Part shown: positions 27,463 to 37,343 of the stretch, piece by piece
Numbering within the stretch: position 1 is the stretch's first letter
Layout of the letters: the number at the start of each line of letters is the position of its first letter
Virus record (IMG/VR): IMGVR_UViG_3300027759_004177
Location: 124,001 to 188,000 of that record
Direction: 5' to 3' (one strand)
Length of the DNA stretch: 64,000 bases
Made by a program: the position numbers and the translations under genes
Notes under the pieces: generated by a model
The model's input: the letters and a program-made list of their open reading frames with translations, nothing else
Database searches by the model: none
What the model was told of the DNA's origin: nothing

Positions 27463-28539
27463 TTATTTGTTGAAATGACTTTGCCTAAACCCCGTGCTGA
27501 CCAGCTTATAAGGGCCTTGTGTGGGACTATTAAATACAAACCCTTCCCCTCCAGCGCCGCCTGGGGTAGACATAGCTATATTTTTAACCTGCTGTGTAAA
27601 TACTCGATCTAGGTAGTCTTTTAGTTGATAAATGCTGTTATAAATCATTTTAAGAGCGTTCCAGCCCTTGATATTTCTATATAAAATACCGCCTTGATTA
27701 TCGCCTATTAGTTTTTTATAGTTAGCAGGATCGTTTTGTTTTAGCCACTCGTCCACTGATAGATCAGTCTGGCGTGTTATTTTTTGATTGAAATACTGTT
27801 CTAGTTTTGCTCTAGCAGATTTGGTGCCCAGTTGATTTAAAAAAGTATCTACTAGATTTCCGTATTGACTGAGAATTGTTTCTGCATTTTTGTACAGTTG
27901 CGTGAGCTGTCTATTATAGGTGCCTAGTCCAAATTGATTGTCTATATTTGGCCCCAACAAGGCCACGTTGCCAGAGCCTTCCAGTCCTTCGCCGTTCCAG
28001 GGTCGTTCATTCATGCTGTGTACAAATATCACTGCATTTTTACCTGCCAGTGCCTGACCTGCTTTGCTGTTGGCCGGTATCGCATATTGTGCTGTGGGCC
28101 CACTTAAAACATAATTTCCTTTTACGGGATTGGACAAAGTAAAATAGTCGCCTTTAAAAGTCACTGGCTGAGAGCCAACACTTTGTTCTAAGCTAGTCCA
28201 TATGATTTCAAGTTTTTTATATAAATCTGGACGTTGGGTTCCAGACTTTTTATTTGTATCGTATGCAATCCAGTCTTGTACACTATGAGCCAATATGCCT
28301 TTTGGATACATGTACTTGTCTGAACAAAAGAACTGTCCTCGAGCGTCGCGGCCAAAGAATAGTGCTACTTCGCCGTCCCACTTGATTGTTATCTGTTCGG
28401 GATTGGTGATAATTTCTTTGAGAGTGTCAACTGCTCGTTTGGCTTCGGCACTACTGGTAAAGATAGCATTTTCAGGATGGGGTATTCTGGGATTGTCCGC
28501 AGTACCTTCAAATAAGAAATCAACAAAATCCAATCTCAT
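27463..28539 (-). CDS. ATP-dependent ligase-like nucleotidyltransferase (KxDG)
   Basis: TIKWDG motif I, FKGD, GEGFV, YKLVS; start at ATGA overlap 28539. Confidence 0.65.
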   Translation of the reverse strand: MRLDFVDFLFEGTADNPRIPHPENAIFTSSAEAKRAVDTLKEIITNPEQITIKWDGEVALFFGRDARGQFFCSDKYMYPKGILAHSVQDWIAYDTNKKSGTQRPDLYKKLEIIWTSLEQSVGSQPVTFKGDYFTLSNPVKGNYVLSGPTAQYAIPANSKAGQALAGKNAVIFVHSMNERPWNGEGLEGSGNVALLGPNIDNQFGLGTYNRQLTQLYKNAETILSQYGNLVDTFLNQLGTKSARAKLEQYFNQKITRQTDLSVDEWLKQNDPANYKKLIGDNQGGILYRNIKGWNALKMIYNSIYQLKDYLDRVFTQQVKNIAMSTPGGAGGEGFVFNSPTQGPYKLVSTGFRQSHFNK

Positions 28540-29309
28540 AGGTTGTGTCCCATAGTTCTGAACCAAGCAGCACTTCCTGGAGTGATATCTTCTGGTAATG
28601 TCAGCATGCCTTTGGCCACAGCTTGGTGTGCCTGTGCCAATTTACCTTCACGGTCTGGATCACTTTTTAGTGCGGCCATGACTGTGGCTACAGAGTCTAG
28701 ATCTGCGGCTCGAGCACCAGGGTTCAACAATATTTTTGCGATTTCGTTACGGTCACGGCTGACCATGGTGCTGTCAGCATCACGATTATTGAGCGTACCG
28801 GCAAAGGCATCCACCTTCATGTTCTTAAAGTTGGCAATGCTGTTCAACAAAATATACAGGTGTGCGGCTTTGAATTTGGGGTCAGCATACATGCCACGTG
28901 GGCCGTGCTGATGCCAAGCAGCCACACGCTTGGCGTCGGCTATGATCATGAGATCTACCTGTGCATGACGCTGTTTTCCATCTTGAGCCGAGTAAGGAAC
29001 ATCCACATGTACGTTACGACCTTTGACTGCTGTTTTGAATCCTTTGGCCTGCAAGTATTGTGCCAGGGCCTGCTTGGCACCTGTGGCATTGTCTGATCCA
29101 AAGTTTTTTACAGCAGCACGCTCATCGATAAAAAGATCAATGTCACCACTTTCAACCTTGTAACCAGCAGAACCTATGTCGGCTATAATTTTGTTTTGCA
29201 AAGCGGAAGGTAATTCTAATTTGACTGTGTTGATCACTGTGGCAACATCTTCTTTGGCCACAGCTGACGTGTTGTCGAATACTTTTCCGCCTTCATATAG
29301 ATACATCAT
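28536..29309 (-). CDS. Pol-beta superfamily nucleotidyltransferase
   Basis: GSAG...SGDIDL and downstream QVDLM. Confidence 0.7.
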   Translation of the reverse strand: MMYLYEGGKVFDNTSAVAKEDVATVINTVKLELPSALQNKIIADIGSAGYKVESGDIDLFIDERAAVKNFGSDNATGAKQALAQYLQAKGFKTAVKGRNVHVDVPYSAQDGKQRHAQVDLMIIADAKRVAAWHQHGPRGMYADPKFKAAHLYILLNSIANFKNMKVDAFAGTLNNRDADSTMVSRDRNEIAKILLNPGARAADLDSVATVMAALKSDPDREGKLAQAHQAVAKGMLTLPEDITPGSAAWFRTMGHNL

Positions 29310-30025
29310 GCACCCGTCTGTCTTGGTTGTTGTGTAGTTCTGTTGTAATACACCTGTTGAGTACTTGAATGCTGTTCTAATTTTCTAATAGATTCTGGAT
29401 CAGTCACAACTTCCCCGGCGTCATTTACCCAACGATTGTTATCTTCGTCCTTGGTCCATATTTCGCCTTGTTTGTCCTTGACCGTGATTGGTTGCACATT
29501 GCCCTTGAGTGCAGTTACAGGTTTAGCCGGTGTTGGTTTTACCGCGGCTATGTATTGATTCAGTGATTGAGTCAACGGTTCCGGTATGGGTTTTCCGCCG
29601 GGATAACTTGTCCAAGCGCCGGTAGTGGGATTCAACACGTACTCATTTTTTTTATAAAATACTTTCAAAGGAGGACCTTCGTCGCTGATACTAAATTGTT
29701 GCAGGTGTGGAGATAAAGCAGGTTTGTTGTTTTGGTTAATGTCTGCTGCTTGACGTGCATCTTGTGTGGAAAAAACATTAGAAAGAATACTGCTGATATA
29801 TGCTGTTACAGATTTAGGGTCAACTGATTGAGGTAATGCAGGTGTAAATAATTGCTTTCCACTTTTATCTTTGGCCAAGTCCATTCCAAACTGTTGTAAT
29901 CCCTGTGGAGTTTTATTTTGCTGGGGGAGTTGATTCCATTCATCCGTCCAAGTTTTTGTTGCTCGTTGGACTCGTTGATCAACAGTTTCTGCCTCCGTCA
30001 ATTGAATCACATCTTTAATCTTCAC
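29306..30025 (-). CDS. Hypothetical Q/P/T-rich protein, likely head-internal
   Basis: MKIKDVIQLTE start; operon. Confidence 0.65.
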   Translation of the reverse strand: MKIKDVIQLTEAETVDQRVQRATKTWTDEWNQLPQQNKTPQGLQQFGMDLAKDKSGKQLFTPALPQSVDPKSVTAYISSILSNVFSTQDARQAADINQNNKPALSPHLQQFSISDEGPPLKVFYKKNEYVLNPTTGAWTSYPGGKPIPEPLTQSLNQYIAAVKPTPAKPVTALKGNVQPITVKDKQGEIWTKDEDNNRWVNDAGEVVTDPESIRKLEQHSSTQQVYYNRTTQQPRQTGA

Positions 30026-30263
30026 GTTTTATTTTCCTAACACCGCGTTTGAATTTGTCTGGCTCTTGAGTGCGAATACTGTTAATCAGTCTACGTTCCA
30101 ACTCAGCAGCTGCTTCGGGTTCGTAGTTTTCACGTATGTAATTGATCAAGTTTATAGCACCGGCGATCACATTAGAGGCACGACTTTCCACAAGATTCTC
30201 ACGATCTTTGTGTACTAACATGGTGTCTAGTTCGTCAAGTATGCTACGTGCTCGCTTTTGCAA
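30015..30263 (-). CDS. Conserved phage hypothetical protein
   Basis: RSILDEL..., RLINSIRT; late promoter at 30284. Confidence 0.7.
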   Translation of the reverse strand: MQKRARSILDELDTMLVHKDRENLVESRASNVIAGAINLINYIRENYEPEAAAELERRLINSIRTQEPDKFKRGVRKIKRED

Positions 30264-30296
30264 GATATGCTCCAGTAATGTAGTATTTATGCGGGG

Positions 30297-31721
30297 TTAT
30301 TCAGACTTGCTTTTGAGTCCAGCAATCATTTGCTTTAATTTATTGCTTTCTACGCTGGAGCCCGGCGGTGGGGCAGTATCTTTTTCTAGGTTCCATCCTT
30401 CTTTGACCACTGGATTAAGTGTGGTTGTGGGTTTGAGTTGATTTAAGATATTGGCCGCGGGTCTAAATTGACCCCCTGAACTTTCCTGTCCTTCTTCTCC
30501 GGGATCAGTGATACGCATGGTTTCGATGTTGTACTCCAAGTCGATCTTCATACCAACACCTGTACTACTGCGACTCTTCATACACTGGATTTGATAGCGT
30601 CCACGTTCTTTCATGGCTCTGCTTGTAAAGATACCAAACACGTTGTCGGCTGTGTTGATCTTTGAAATACCACCAGCAATATGACTGTGGTCAAACTCAA
30701 TTTCTTCTACCGCACTACGATTCAACTGCGAAGCTGTCACAAACAACACATTGAGTTCTTGCGATAAATTACGCAGTTCTTCTGCCACATATTTGTCTTT
30801 GATAAACTGATCATTGGGATTGACTTTGACACTCACAGGCATTACCAAGTCCAAGTAGTCGACCATCACAAAGTCTACCTTGTTATTAGTTTGTATTTGA
30901 TACTCTTTGATAAAGCTACGGATGTCATTTACGTTGCTCTGTGCCGGCAAGGCCTTAATACGATACTTGCCAGACTTCTTGCCCACCATCTTGACTTTGA
31001 GTTCTGTGGTTTCAATGTCCTTGCGTATGTCTTTAGTGCCTGTGCTGGTCAACATGGCGTCTGTTCTTAGGGCTACAAGTTCTTCACTCAGTTCTAAACT
31101 CACATACACACCACTCAGTCCTTGTTGTAACCAACTCAGTGCTATGTTCATCATGACCAAACTCTTGCCTGAACCTGAACCACCAGCAAAGATATTGAGT
31201 TCTCCACGACTCATGCCGCCGTACAAGATCTTGTCCATGGTGGGCCAACCTGTGCTCACTTGTCCGCCACTATTATAGTATTTGTCAATACGTGCTTTGG
31301 GATCAGCAAAATAATCTGTACCCAAGTCTTTGGTCAGGCCAATTTGTACCGCGTCTTTGATCAGTTTTTCCACAGGATCGTAATCGCCTTCTTCCAACAG
31401 GTCAGCGGCTTTGAGAATAGCACGGCTAAGTTCTTCCTTGCGACTAAATCCTTCAAACTCCTGCATAAACCATTCTTGATGTCCATCAATGGCTGTGGGA
31501 ATGGGTCTAAGTTCTACGCCAGTCACTGCTTGGATCTGTTCGTATGTGGGAAGTGTTTTATATTCAGCCGAGTGCGTGGCAATAAACTTGGCCACATCAC
31601 GCAGACTGCGATCAAAATTTTCTGGATTGTAAATGTTTTGCACCCGCACATAACTCTGTGCGTCCTGCATCATTAGTTCTAAAAATAATTTTTGTATTTC
31701 GGGTGTGTAATCAGTGGCCAT
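30297..31721 (-). CDS. Replicative DnaB/gp41-like helicase
   Basis: GGSGSGKS Walker A, VDYLD Walker B, TASQLNR, KSRS. Confidence 0.93.
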   Translation of the reverse strand: MATDYTPEIQKLFLELMMQDAQSYVRVQNIYNPENFDRSLRDVAKFIATHSAEYKTLPTYEQIQAVTGVELRPIPTAIDGHQEWFMQEFEGFSRKEELSRAILKAADLLEEGDYDPVEKLIKDAVQIGLTKDLGTDYFADPKARIDKYYNSGGQVSTGWPTMDKILYGGMSRGELNIFAGGSGSGKSLVMMNIALSWLQQGLSGVYVSLELSEELVALRTDAMLTSTGTKDIRKDIETTELKVKMVGKKSGKYRIKALPAQSNVNDIRSFIKEYQIQTNNKVDFVMVDYLDLVMPVSVKVNPNDQFIKDKYVAEELRNLSQELNVLFVTASQLNRSAVEEIEFDHSHIAGGISKINTADNVFGIFTSRAMKERGRYQIQCMKSRSSTGVGMKIDLEYNIETMRITDPGEEGQESSGGQFRPAANILNQLKPTTTLNPVVKEGWNLEKDTAPPPGSSVESNKLKQMIAGLKSKSE

Positions 31722-31723
31722 AG

Positions 31724-32758
31724 TTAATTATATATTTTCTTTCGACGTAGTTCAATTTTTAATCGGTTCGATTGTCTAGCTTCTAATATTGTTTTGATCA
31801 CAAACAATTTACCAAATGCCGCTACTGCACTGGCAACGTCTTTGTGCGTTTCTTGCCATACAGGAAAACTCACTGTCCATCCGTATTCTATTGCTGTGTC
31901 TACTAGTCGAGCACCGGCTCGATCAGCATCGGGTACCACAATGACTTCTCTGCCTAGGCTGTCAATAATGTCTGCTTGTGTCTCATGACATTCGTTACCT
32001 AAGATAGCAACTCCATCTATGGCCATGGCATCAAACGGTCCTTCTACCACAACAACAAATTTGGCATCCTTTGGTTGCCGATCCACGTTGAACACATAGT
32101 TGGGTTCGTGGCTGTTGTGATACTTGGGCTTGACACCTTCATCAAATGTTCTAGCTGTGTAGCCAATGATTTGATTGTGCCAAGTAAACGGCACAATCAC
32201 ACGACGATTTAGATTGTATTGTGTTTCTGGAGTCCAATAAAATTCATACCGGCTTAAATCTATCTTGCGTGTGGCCGAGTACAGTACAGCATTGTGAAAT
32301 TCTTTGGGTACATCTCTATCATTATTTAAGGTATAAAAATTACTTAATGCGTGAAATGATTGTGCTTCTTCAGGTAAGGGACGAGCTTTGAACTTGATTT
32401 CTTCTTGCTCTGCTACTTCTATCAATGTTTCCGGAGCTACCAGTTCACGTATGCGGATAGCATCAATGACCAGTCGCTTAATTGTGCCTTCGTCTGCACC
32501 CAACCAGTTCAGTAGTTTGCGAAACTTGTAGGTCAAATGACGACCGGGAACATAACTGGCTTTGAAGTTGCAATTAAAACAGTGATAGCTGACGCCACCA
32601 TCAGCGTTCATTACTAGTCCGCCACGACCACGTGTATCCGCCGTTTCGCCATTGTGTGAGCAACAAACACCGTTGAAACTGATCCAACCCGACGTGGCGT
32701 TGGTTTTACGTTTATGCGGTAATATTTGGACAACTGCGTCGCGAATAGAGTTCAACAT
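31724..32758 (-). CDS. DNA primase (zinc finger + TOPRIM)
   Basis: YHCFNC, VEGPFDA, PDAD, KD; adjacent to helicase. Confidence 0.88.
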   Translation of the reverse strand: MLNSIRDAVVQILPHKRKTNATSGWISFNGVCCSHNGETADTRGRGGLVMNADGGVSYHCFNCNFKASYVPGRHLTYKFRKLLNWLGADEGTIKRLVIDAIRIRELVAPETLIEVAEQEEIKFKARPLPEEAQSFHALSNFYTLNNDRDVPKEFHNAVLYSATRKIDLSRYEFYWTPETQYNLNRRVIVPFTWHNQIIGYTARTFDEGVKPKYHNSHEPNYVFNVDRQPKDAKFVVVVEGPFDAMAIDGVAILGNECHETQADIIDSLGREVIVVPDADRAGARLVDTAIEYGWTVSFPVWQETHKDVASAVAAFGKLFVIKTILEARQSNRLKIELRRKKIYN

Positions 32759-32765
32759 TCCTACT

Positions 32766-32794
32766 AGTATAACAGAATTTTTGGATTAGGTCAA
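32766..32794 (-). promoter_or_regulatory. sigma70-type promoter for primase-helicase
   Basis: TTGACC-N17-TATACT, 7 nt before the ATG. Confidence 0.8.
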
Positions 32795-32847
32795 CGGATC
32801 GATAACCAAATCTTAGAATGGTTTGGTAGCACTCTGTGTCCATAATG

Positions 32848-33594
32848 TTAATATCCAAACCTTGTTTTGTATGCGGCATGCTGTGCCTGTATCTCTGCCA
32901 AGGTCAATGCACCGTCCCAGACCTTGACCAGGCCCACATCGGCTGTTACAACTTCTGTATTTTGGACGGAACTGACATATCTACCAAACAATCTTAGGCC
33001 GTTAAATCCACTGACACCAGCTCTAGTTCCGTGAGTACCGGTAGGCGCAGTACTGCCGGCCGCATAGGCATTTGTGGTAGTAGTGCCGTTGGATGTCATC
33101 CAAGCAAATCTCCAAGCACCTGTTTGAGCTGTGCTACTACTGCCTAAAAATGACCCGTTGTAGAAAATATCTTGTACTCCACCGGCATTACCCCACAGGC
33201 CCATTAACCAGTCTGGACTGGCTGTGTTGGCATTTAACAATCTACCTGCTGTGCCTGACTGTGATCGGTAAACCATCATTACTGTATAGGCCTGTGAAGA
33301 GGATGAATAATTTGGACCAAACCTCAACATATCTGTGTCGTTGTTAGTGGTCTTGCGGAATATGCCACCAGCAGTTGATGCCCACGCCATACTGCCATTG
33401 GTATTGCTTGTGGTTATAGCAAAAGCCCCAGTGCCCGCTATGGTACTGCCGTTCGCAGGCATGGCCGCGTAGTTGGCCGCATCTAGATCTAACACCAAGC
33501 TGGCTGAGGTTGTTGGGCCGGCAGAAACTGCCACTGGTTTTTTATAAACTCTTTGTGATGGTTGATGTATTGAACTAAATCGACCTAATTTCAT
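32848..33594 (-). CDS. Concanavalin A/LamG-like virion protein
   Basis: LVLDLDAAN start, ADVGLVKVWDGALT..EI...KTRFG end. Confidence 0.75.
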   Translation of the reverse strand: MKLGRFSSIHQPSQRVYKKPVAVSAGPTTSASLVLDLDAANYAAMPANGSTIAGTGAFAITTSNTNGSMAWASTAGGIFRKTTNNDTDMLRFGPNYSSSSQAYTVMMVYRSQSGTAGRLLNANTASPDWLMGLWGNAGGVQDIFYNGSFLGSSSTAQTGAWRFAWMTSNGTTTTNAYAAGSTAPTGTHGTRAGVSGFNGLRLFGRYVSSVQNTEVVTADVGLVKVWDGALTLAEIQAQHAAYKTRFGY

Positions 33595-33597
33595 AGG

Positions 33598-35184
33598 TTA
33601 TCCATAGTTACTGATTTGGCCCAACACCCGATAAGCGGCGCCACCTAGGTGTATCAAGCTAAAGCTCATGATGTCTGTATTACTTGCTGTACCTACGCCA
33701 GCAACAGCTCCAACCCATCGAACAGTTTGGTTAACACCATTGACTTGTACGTTGGCCACACGATAAGCAGTGGCACCTTGGTCAACAATGATAGTAGCAC
33801 CAGAGACTGTGCTTGCAATAGCGTTGACATTGGTAAAGTTTGCTGTCACGTTGGCAGTTAAGGCAGCATAGAATGTGGTACCAAGATTAAAGTTGCAAGT
33901 CAAGTTACCACCACTATTACTAATGTTACCATAGGTTTCATAGTAGGCACTTTGTTGTACCACATTGCCAGTGACAGTTAGGTTAGCAGTAGTCACACCT
34001 GTTGTCAGGTATGAGGCCACGTTGGTGTTGCTGTAGGTTCCTACTGTGCTCAAGATGTTTACACCATTGGCAAAGTTAAATTGACTGGCATTGATGTTGC
34101 CTGCTGTGACATTACCTGTTATATAGGCGCCACGGTTGGCAACTAAATTGCCAGATGCACTGATGTTGCCTTCGTTGACCGCATTTCCAGCTGTGGAAAT
34201 TGAGCTAAATCCAGATATACTTGGTGCCGGACTAGCACCGGTTGTGATGATTCCACCAAAAGACATTATTAGATATTCGGCTCGTACATTACCTGAGTAT
34301 ATGGGCAGGTAAGCAGCCACGTTGGCATTGGCATAGGTGCCAGCCACTGTGCTCAAGATGTTTACACCATTGGCAAAGTTGTATTGTGTGGCATTGATGT
34401 TACCCACGCTAATATTACCAGCAAGGTAACCTGCCACGTTGGCGTTGGCATACACTTGTGTTTGTAATGTGGCAATACTTGTTGCCTGAGTGGCCGCATT
34501 GGCCACAGTACTGAAGGTTAGGTTACCATAAGTTTGATAAGCACCCAGGTTAGCATTTACGGTGTTGATACTGGTTGCTTGTGTGGCTGCATTGGACAAC
34601 AATGTTGTAATGTCTGCGGCTTGACTGGTTGCATTAGCTACTGTACTAAAAGTTAAGTTACCATAATTCTGATATGCCCCCAAATTGGCCGTAATTGAGT
34701 TTATACTTGTGGCTTGTGTTGCGGCATTGCTATTAGCAAAAGTTTGATACGCACCAATGTTGGCACTGGAAATATTTTGACTGGCCAAATATCCAATCAC
34801 ATTGGCATTGGCATAACTGCTGGTGCCATAGTTCAAGTTGGCATAGGTATAGAAACTGCCAATGTTGGCCGTGATGGCATTGATGCTGGTGGCCTGTGTA
34901 GCTGCATTGGTATGCAATGTGCCAATATTGGCACCAATGTAGGCCTCAACATTGGCATTGCCGTAACTGCTGGTACCAAATGTGGCATTAGCATAGGTTC
35001 CTAGAGCCTGTAATTGTACATTGGTTGCCAAGGTGCTCATACCACCTGCGGTTACGCCATCCTGTACACGTACAGTACGCAATCCAGTGTCCACAACCAA
35101 TTCACCCAATGGGCCCACATAGGTATTTGCCGCGGTAGTATTACCACGCTTCATTAAAATCTGTGATATATTGATACGTGCCAT
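33598..35184 (-). CDS. Tail fibre protein with Mtd-like N-terminal domain
   Basis: KRGNT....YVGPLGELVVDT....RVQDGVTAGG; shares repeats with the other fibre genes. Confidence 0.8.
   Translation of the reverse strand: MARINISQILMKRGNTTAANTYVGPLGELVVDTGLRTVRVQDGVTAGGMSTLATNVQLQALGTYANATFGTSSYGNANVEAYIGANIGTLHTNAATQATSINAITANIGSFYTYANLNYGTSSYANANVIGYLASQNISSANIGAYQTFANSNAATQATSINSITANLGAYQNYGNLTFSTVANATSQAADITTLLSNAATQATSINTVNANLGAYQTYGNLTFSTVANAATQATSIATLQTQVYANANVAGYLAGNISVGNINATQYNFANGVNILSTVAGTYANANVAAYLPIYSGNVRAEYLIMSFGGIITTGASPAPSISGFSSISTAGNAVNEGNISASGNLVANRGAYITGNVTAGNINASQFNFANGVNILSTVGTYSNTNVASYLTTGVTTANLTVTGNVVQQSAYYETYGNISNSGGNLTCNFNLGTTFYAALTANVTANFTNVNAIASTVSGATIIVDQGATAYRVANVQVNGVNQTVRWVGAVAGVGTASNTDIMSFSLIHLGGAAYRVLGQISNYG
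34043..34380. repeat. Internal direct repeat in fibre gene (35-bp exact core, 34043-34077 and 34346-34380)
   Basis: actgtgctcaagatgtttacaccattggcaaagtt occurs twice. Confidence 0.9.
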
Positions 35185-35185
35185 C

Positions 35186-35695
35186 TTAGATCGAACCGCC
35201 GTCTAGGGTGTAAGTGTCTGATTCTGCAGGCGGCGTTGAGTTGGCATAATAAGCCGGTAACACTTCTAAATCTAGTGGAACTCCGTAATTGTCGTCGATA
35301 TATACCGGACGTGTCACGTCTGTGCTGGTAACTGTGGTACTAAACGCCAGCTTGTAAAAACGCTGTTCTAGGCCGTTAATAGTGTTGGCATCAAATGTAA
35401 ATGTACCTTGTCCTAACTGAATATTTCCGCCCACATTGGCGCCAAACAACACAGGATAGCTTTTGACAGTCAACTGATTGGTTGGATCTTGTATACTTGC
35501 AGTAACACTACTGCCAGTCAAATCAACTTTTTTCTGGTCTTGATTTCGTATGATAACTTGGATAGGATTGTCTACACCTTGGTAGACTTTGATTGGGCGG
35601 CTGTACACTTGGCGGTTCCTTGTTGTAAATATTGCGGGGTCAAAAACCTGCACCTCGGCAAGATTTGGATATAAATATGCTTTGACAGTAATCAT
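35186..35695 (-). CDS. Virion protein (BppU/Ig-like)
   Basis: KVYQGVDNPI...NQDQKKVDLTG; late promoter upstream. Confidence 0.65.
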   Translation of the reverse strand: MITVKAYLYPNLAEVQVFDPAIFTTRNRQVYSRPIKVYQGVDNPIQVIIRNQDQKKVDLTGSSVTASIQDPTNQLTVKSYPVLFGANVGGNIQLGQGTFTFDANTINGLEQRFYKLAFSTTVTSTDVTRPVYIDDNYGVPLDLEVLPAYYANSTPPAESDTYTLDGGSI

Positions 35696-35730
35696 TTATT
35701 TGCTCGTCTTTAACATATTTATCGGACAAC

Positions 35731-36105
35731 GTGGAAGAACACTACAAGCAACTGCTCGCACAATACCCATACCTAAGCCATATCACCTATGGCGGTAATG
35801 ACTACATTGGCATCATACAAAATTCAGACGAAGTTATAACTACACTTTATGACTTTGGCCTGCTCAAGGACACTGAAGTCAAGAAAACCTTCTTGAGTTT
35901 GGGAGAAACATGGTGGTGGGAAAGCAATAGGCTCATGCCCATCAATGTGTTTTTAAAGCAGGATTGGAGTGTATTCCGAGTGTGTCTACGTACCATGAAC
36001 AGCAAGGACGTAGAAATTAAAATGGGCCCTTATGTGAGCCTGAAAGAAATGGCCACTAAACGTAGCAAACGCAAATCAATAACCCTAGTTCGTAAGGTTA
36101 GTTAA
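35731..36105 (+). CDS. Conserved phage hypothetical protein
   Basis: GTG start, YIGIIQN, WWWESNR.MPIN.FL. Confidence 0.75.
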   Translation: MEEHYKQLLAQYPYLSHITYGGNDYIGIIQNSDEVITTLYDFGLLKDTEVKKTFLSLGETWWWESNRLMPINVFLKQDWSVFRVCLRTMNSKDVEIKMGPYVSLKEMATKRSKRKSITLVRKVS

Positions 36106-36666
36106 CAAGTTCATATTGACCACAACTAGATGACTGTATGCACAACTGTGGCTCTTTTTAAATGCATACTGTCCATCATCTGTTTGATCCCAGATAGTTT
36201 CTGCAACTTCTCGCCAAGTTTTTCCAATTAGATGACGCTTGGCTGGACGGATTATGGCCATAAACATCATTAGCCTGGGTATGCTATTAACTGCTTCGGG
36301 CATTTGAATCAGGGTCTTATAGTGATTGCCGATGTGTATTAATTTTCCGCAAAATTCAGGATCATACAATCGATCCCATTCGGGTTCTTGAGCCATCAAT
36401 TCTTGTAAATGTGCTTCGTTCTTTATCTGTGTATATAATGATACATTTAAAAAGTCTAGTTTTGTATAGCCACGTGCTTCAGCTGACTCATAATCAATGC
36501 TGGCACGACCTGTAAACGGATCTGCAGGAATATCTGTTACATACACACCTGTATTGTGTGCTACCCAATCACCGTCTCTGTTGATACTGGCAGGGGTGTG
36601 CTTTAACAAACTTAATGCTTGAGTGCGATCCGCAAAGTCAATGTCAATGTCTGACTTAAACTTCAT
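36085..36666 (-). CDS. Minimal DNA polymerase III alpha (family C) catalytic core
   Basis: SDIDIDF, HNTGVY, GYTKLDFL and FKKSHSCAY correspond to DnaE PDxDxDF, HAGGV, GLVKFDFL and FNKSHxAAY. Confidence 0.85.
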   Translation of the reverse strand: MKFKSDIDIDFADRTQALSLLKHTPASINRDGDWVAHNTGVYVTDIPADPFTGRASIDYESAEARGYTKLDFLNVSLYTQIKNEAHLQELMAQEPEWDRLYDPEFCGKLIHIGNHYKTLIQMPEAVNSIPRLMMFMAIIRPAKRHLIGKTWREVAETIWDQTDDGQYAFKKSHSCAYSHLVVVNMNLLTNLTN

Positions 36667-37343
36667 AGTCCGGCCTTTGCTAATATGTCACTGACCCATT
36701 CAGTATCTGCCAAGTAATCTTTAAATTTGCGTTGCCAGTGGTCGGGGTCTATCCACGGAAGTATGATCGCCACTTGTTCTGGACCCAGTTGATCCAGGAA
36801 GTCGACACCCGATGCACAATTATACACAATCCAAGGGCTAACACGACCGGTAGCAATATGATGTACCACACGATTGCTGTTACCATACCGAAAATAATCG
36901 CTAAAACCGTTTTTAAGGTCAGGATGATCGTCGGCATAATTTTGCATTTCATTTAAAGCCCTTTCAAGTGCATCTTGTGTTGCTTCTCTACGCAAGTAAT
37001 CGTGCAAGTATTCAACATAAAAATCGTCTTTGAGCCAGTGGTCAATCTTCTTGTTGTTCTTCAACAGCCACTCTAAGAAGGCCGGTGGATTGATGCCACG
37101 TATGCCCACCATGTGCCTGCCCCACTTGACAAACGCATTGTAATACGGACTCTTAACAAAGTCATCATAGCTTTTTAACTTGGCAGATCCTTGTGTTATT
37201 TCATAAAAACGCAAGTAAGCCCTGAGTCCCAGTTGCACACCAGTTTCTTTTTCTTGTTGCCAGCGTCGTTTGGGTTCGCAAAGATGCACAGCCAGGGTTG
37301 ATTCCTTGCTAAAATCCTTTTCACAATAACGACACTTATACAT
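36663..37343 (-). CDS. C2H2/C2HC zinc-finger protein
   Basis: YKCRYCEKDF..ESTLAVHLC. Confidence 0.75.
   Translation of the reverse strand: MYKCRYCEKDFSKESTLAVHLCEPKRRWQQEKETGVQLGLRAYLRFYEITQGSAKLKSYDDFVKSPYYNAFVKWGRHMVGIRGINPPAFLEWLLKNNKKIDHWLKDDFYVEYLHDYLRREATQDALERALNEMQNYADDHPDLKNGFSDYFRYGNSNRVVHHIATGRVSPWIVYNCASGVDFLDQLGPEQVAIILPWIDPDHWQRKFKDYLADTEWVSDILAKAGL

Noticed and set aside
33598-35184. Diversity-generating retroelement target (Mtd-like N-terminus plus repeats)
   Set aside because: No reverse transcriptase or template repeat in the window; the repeats are in-frame internal duplications without adenine-specific differences.
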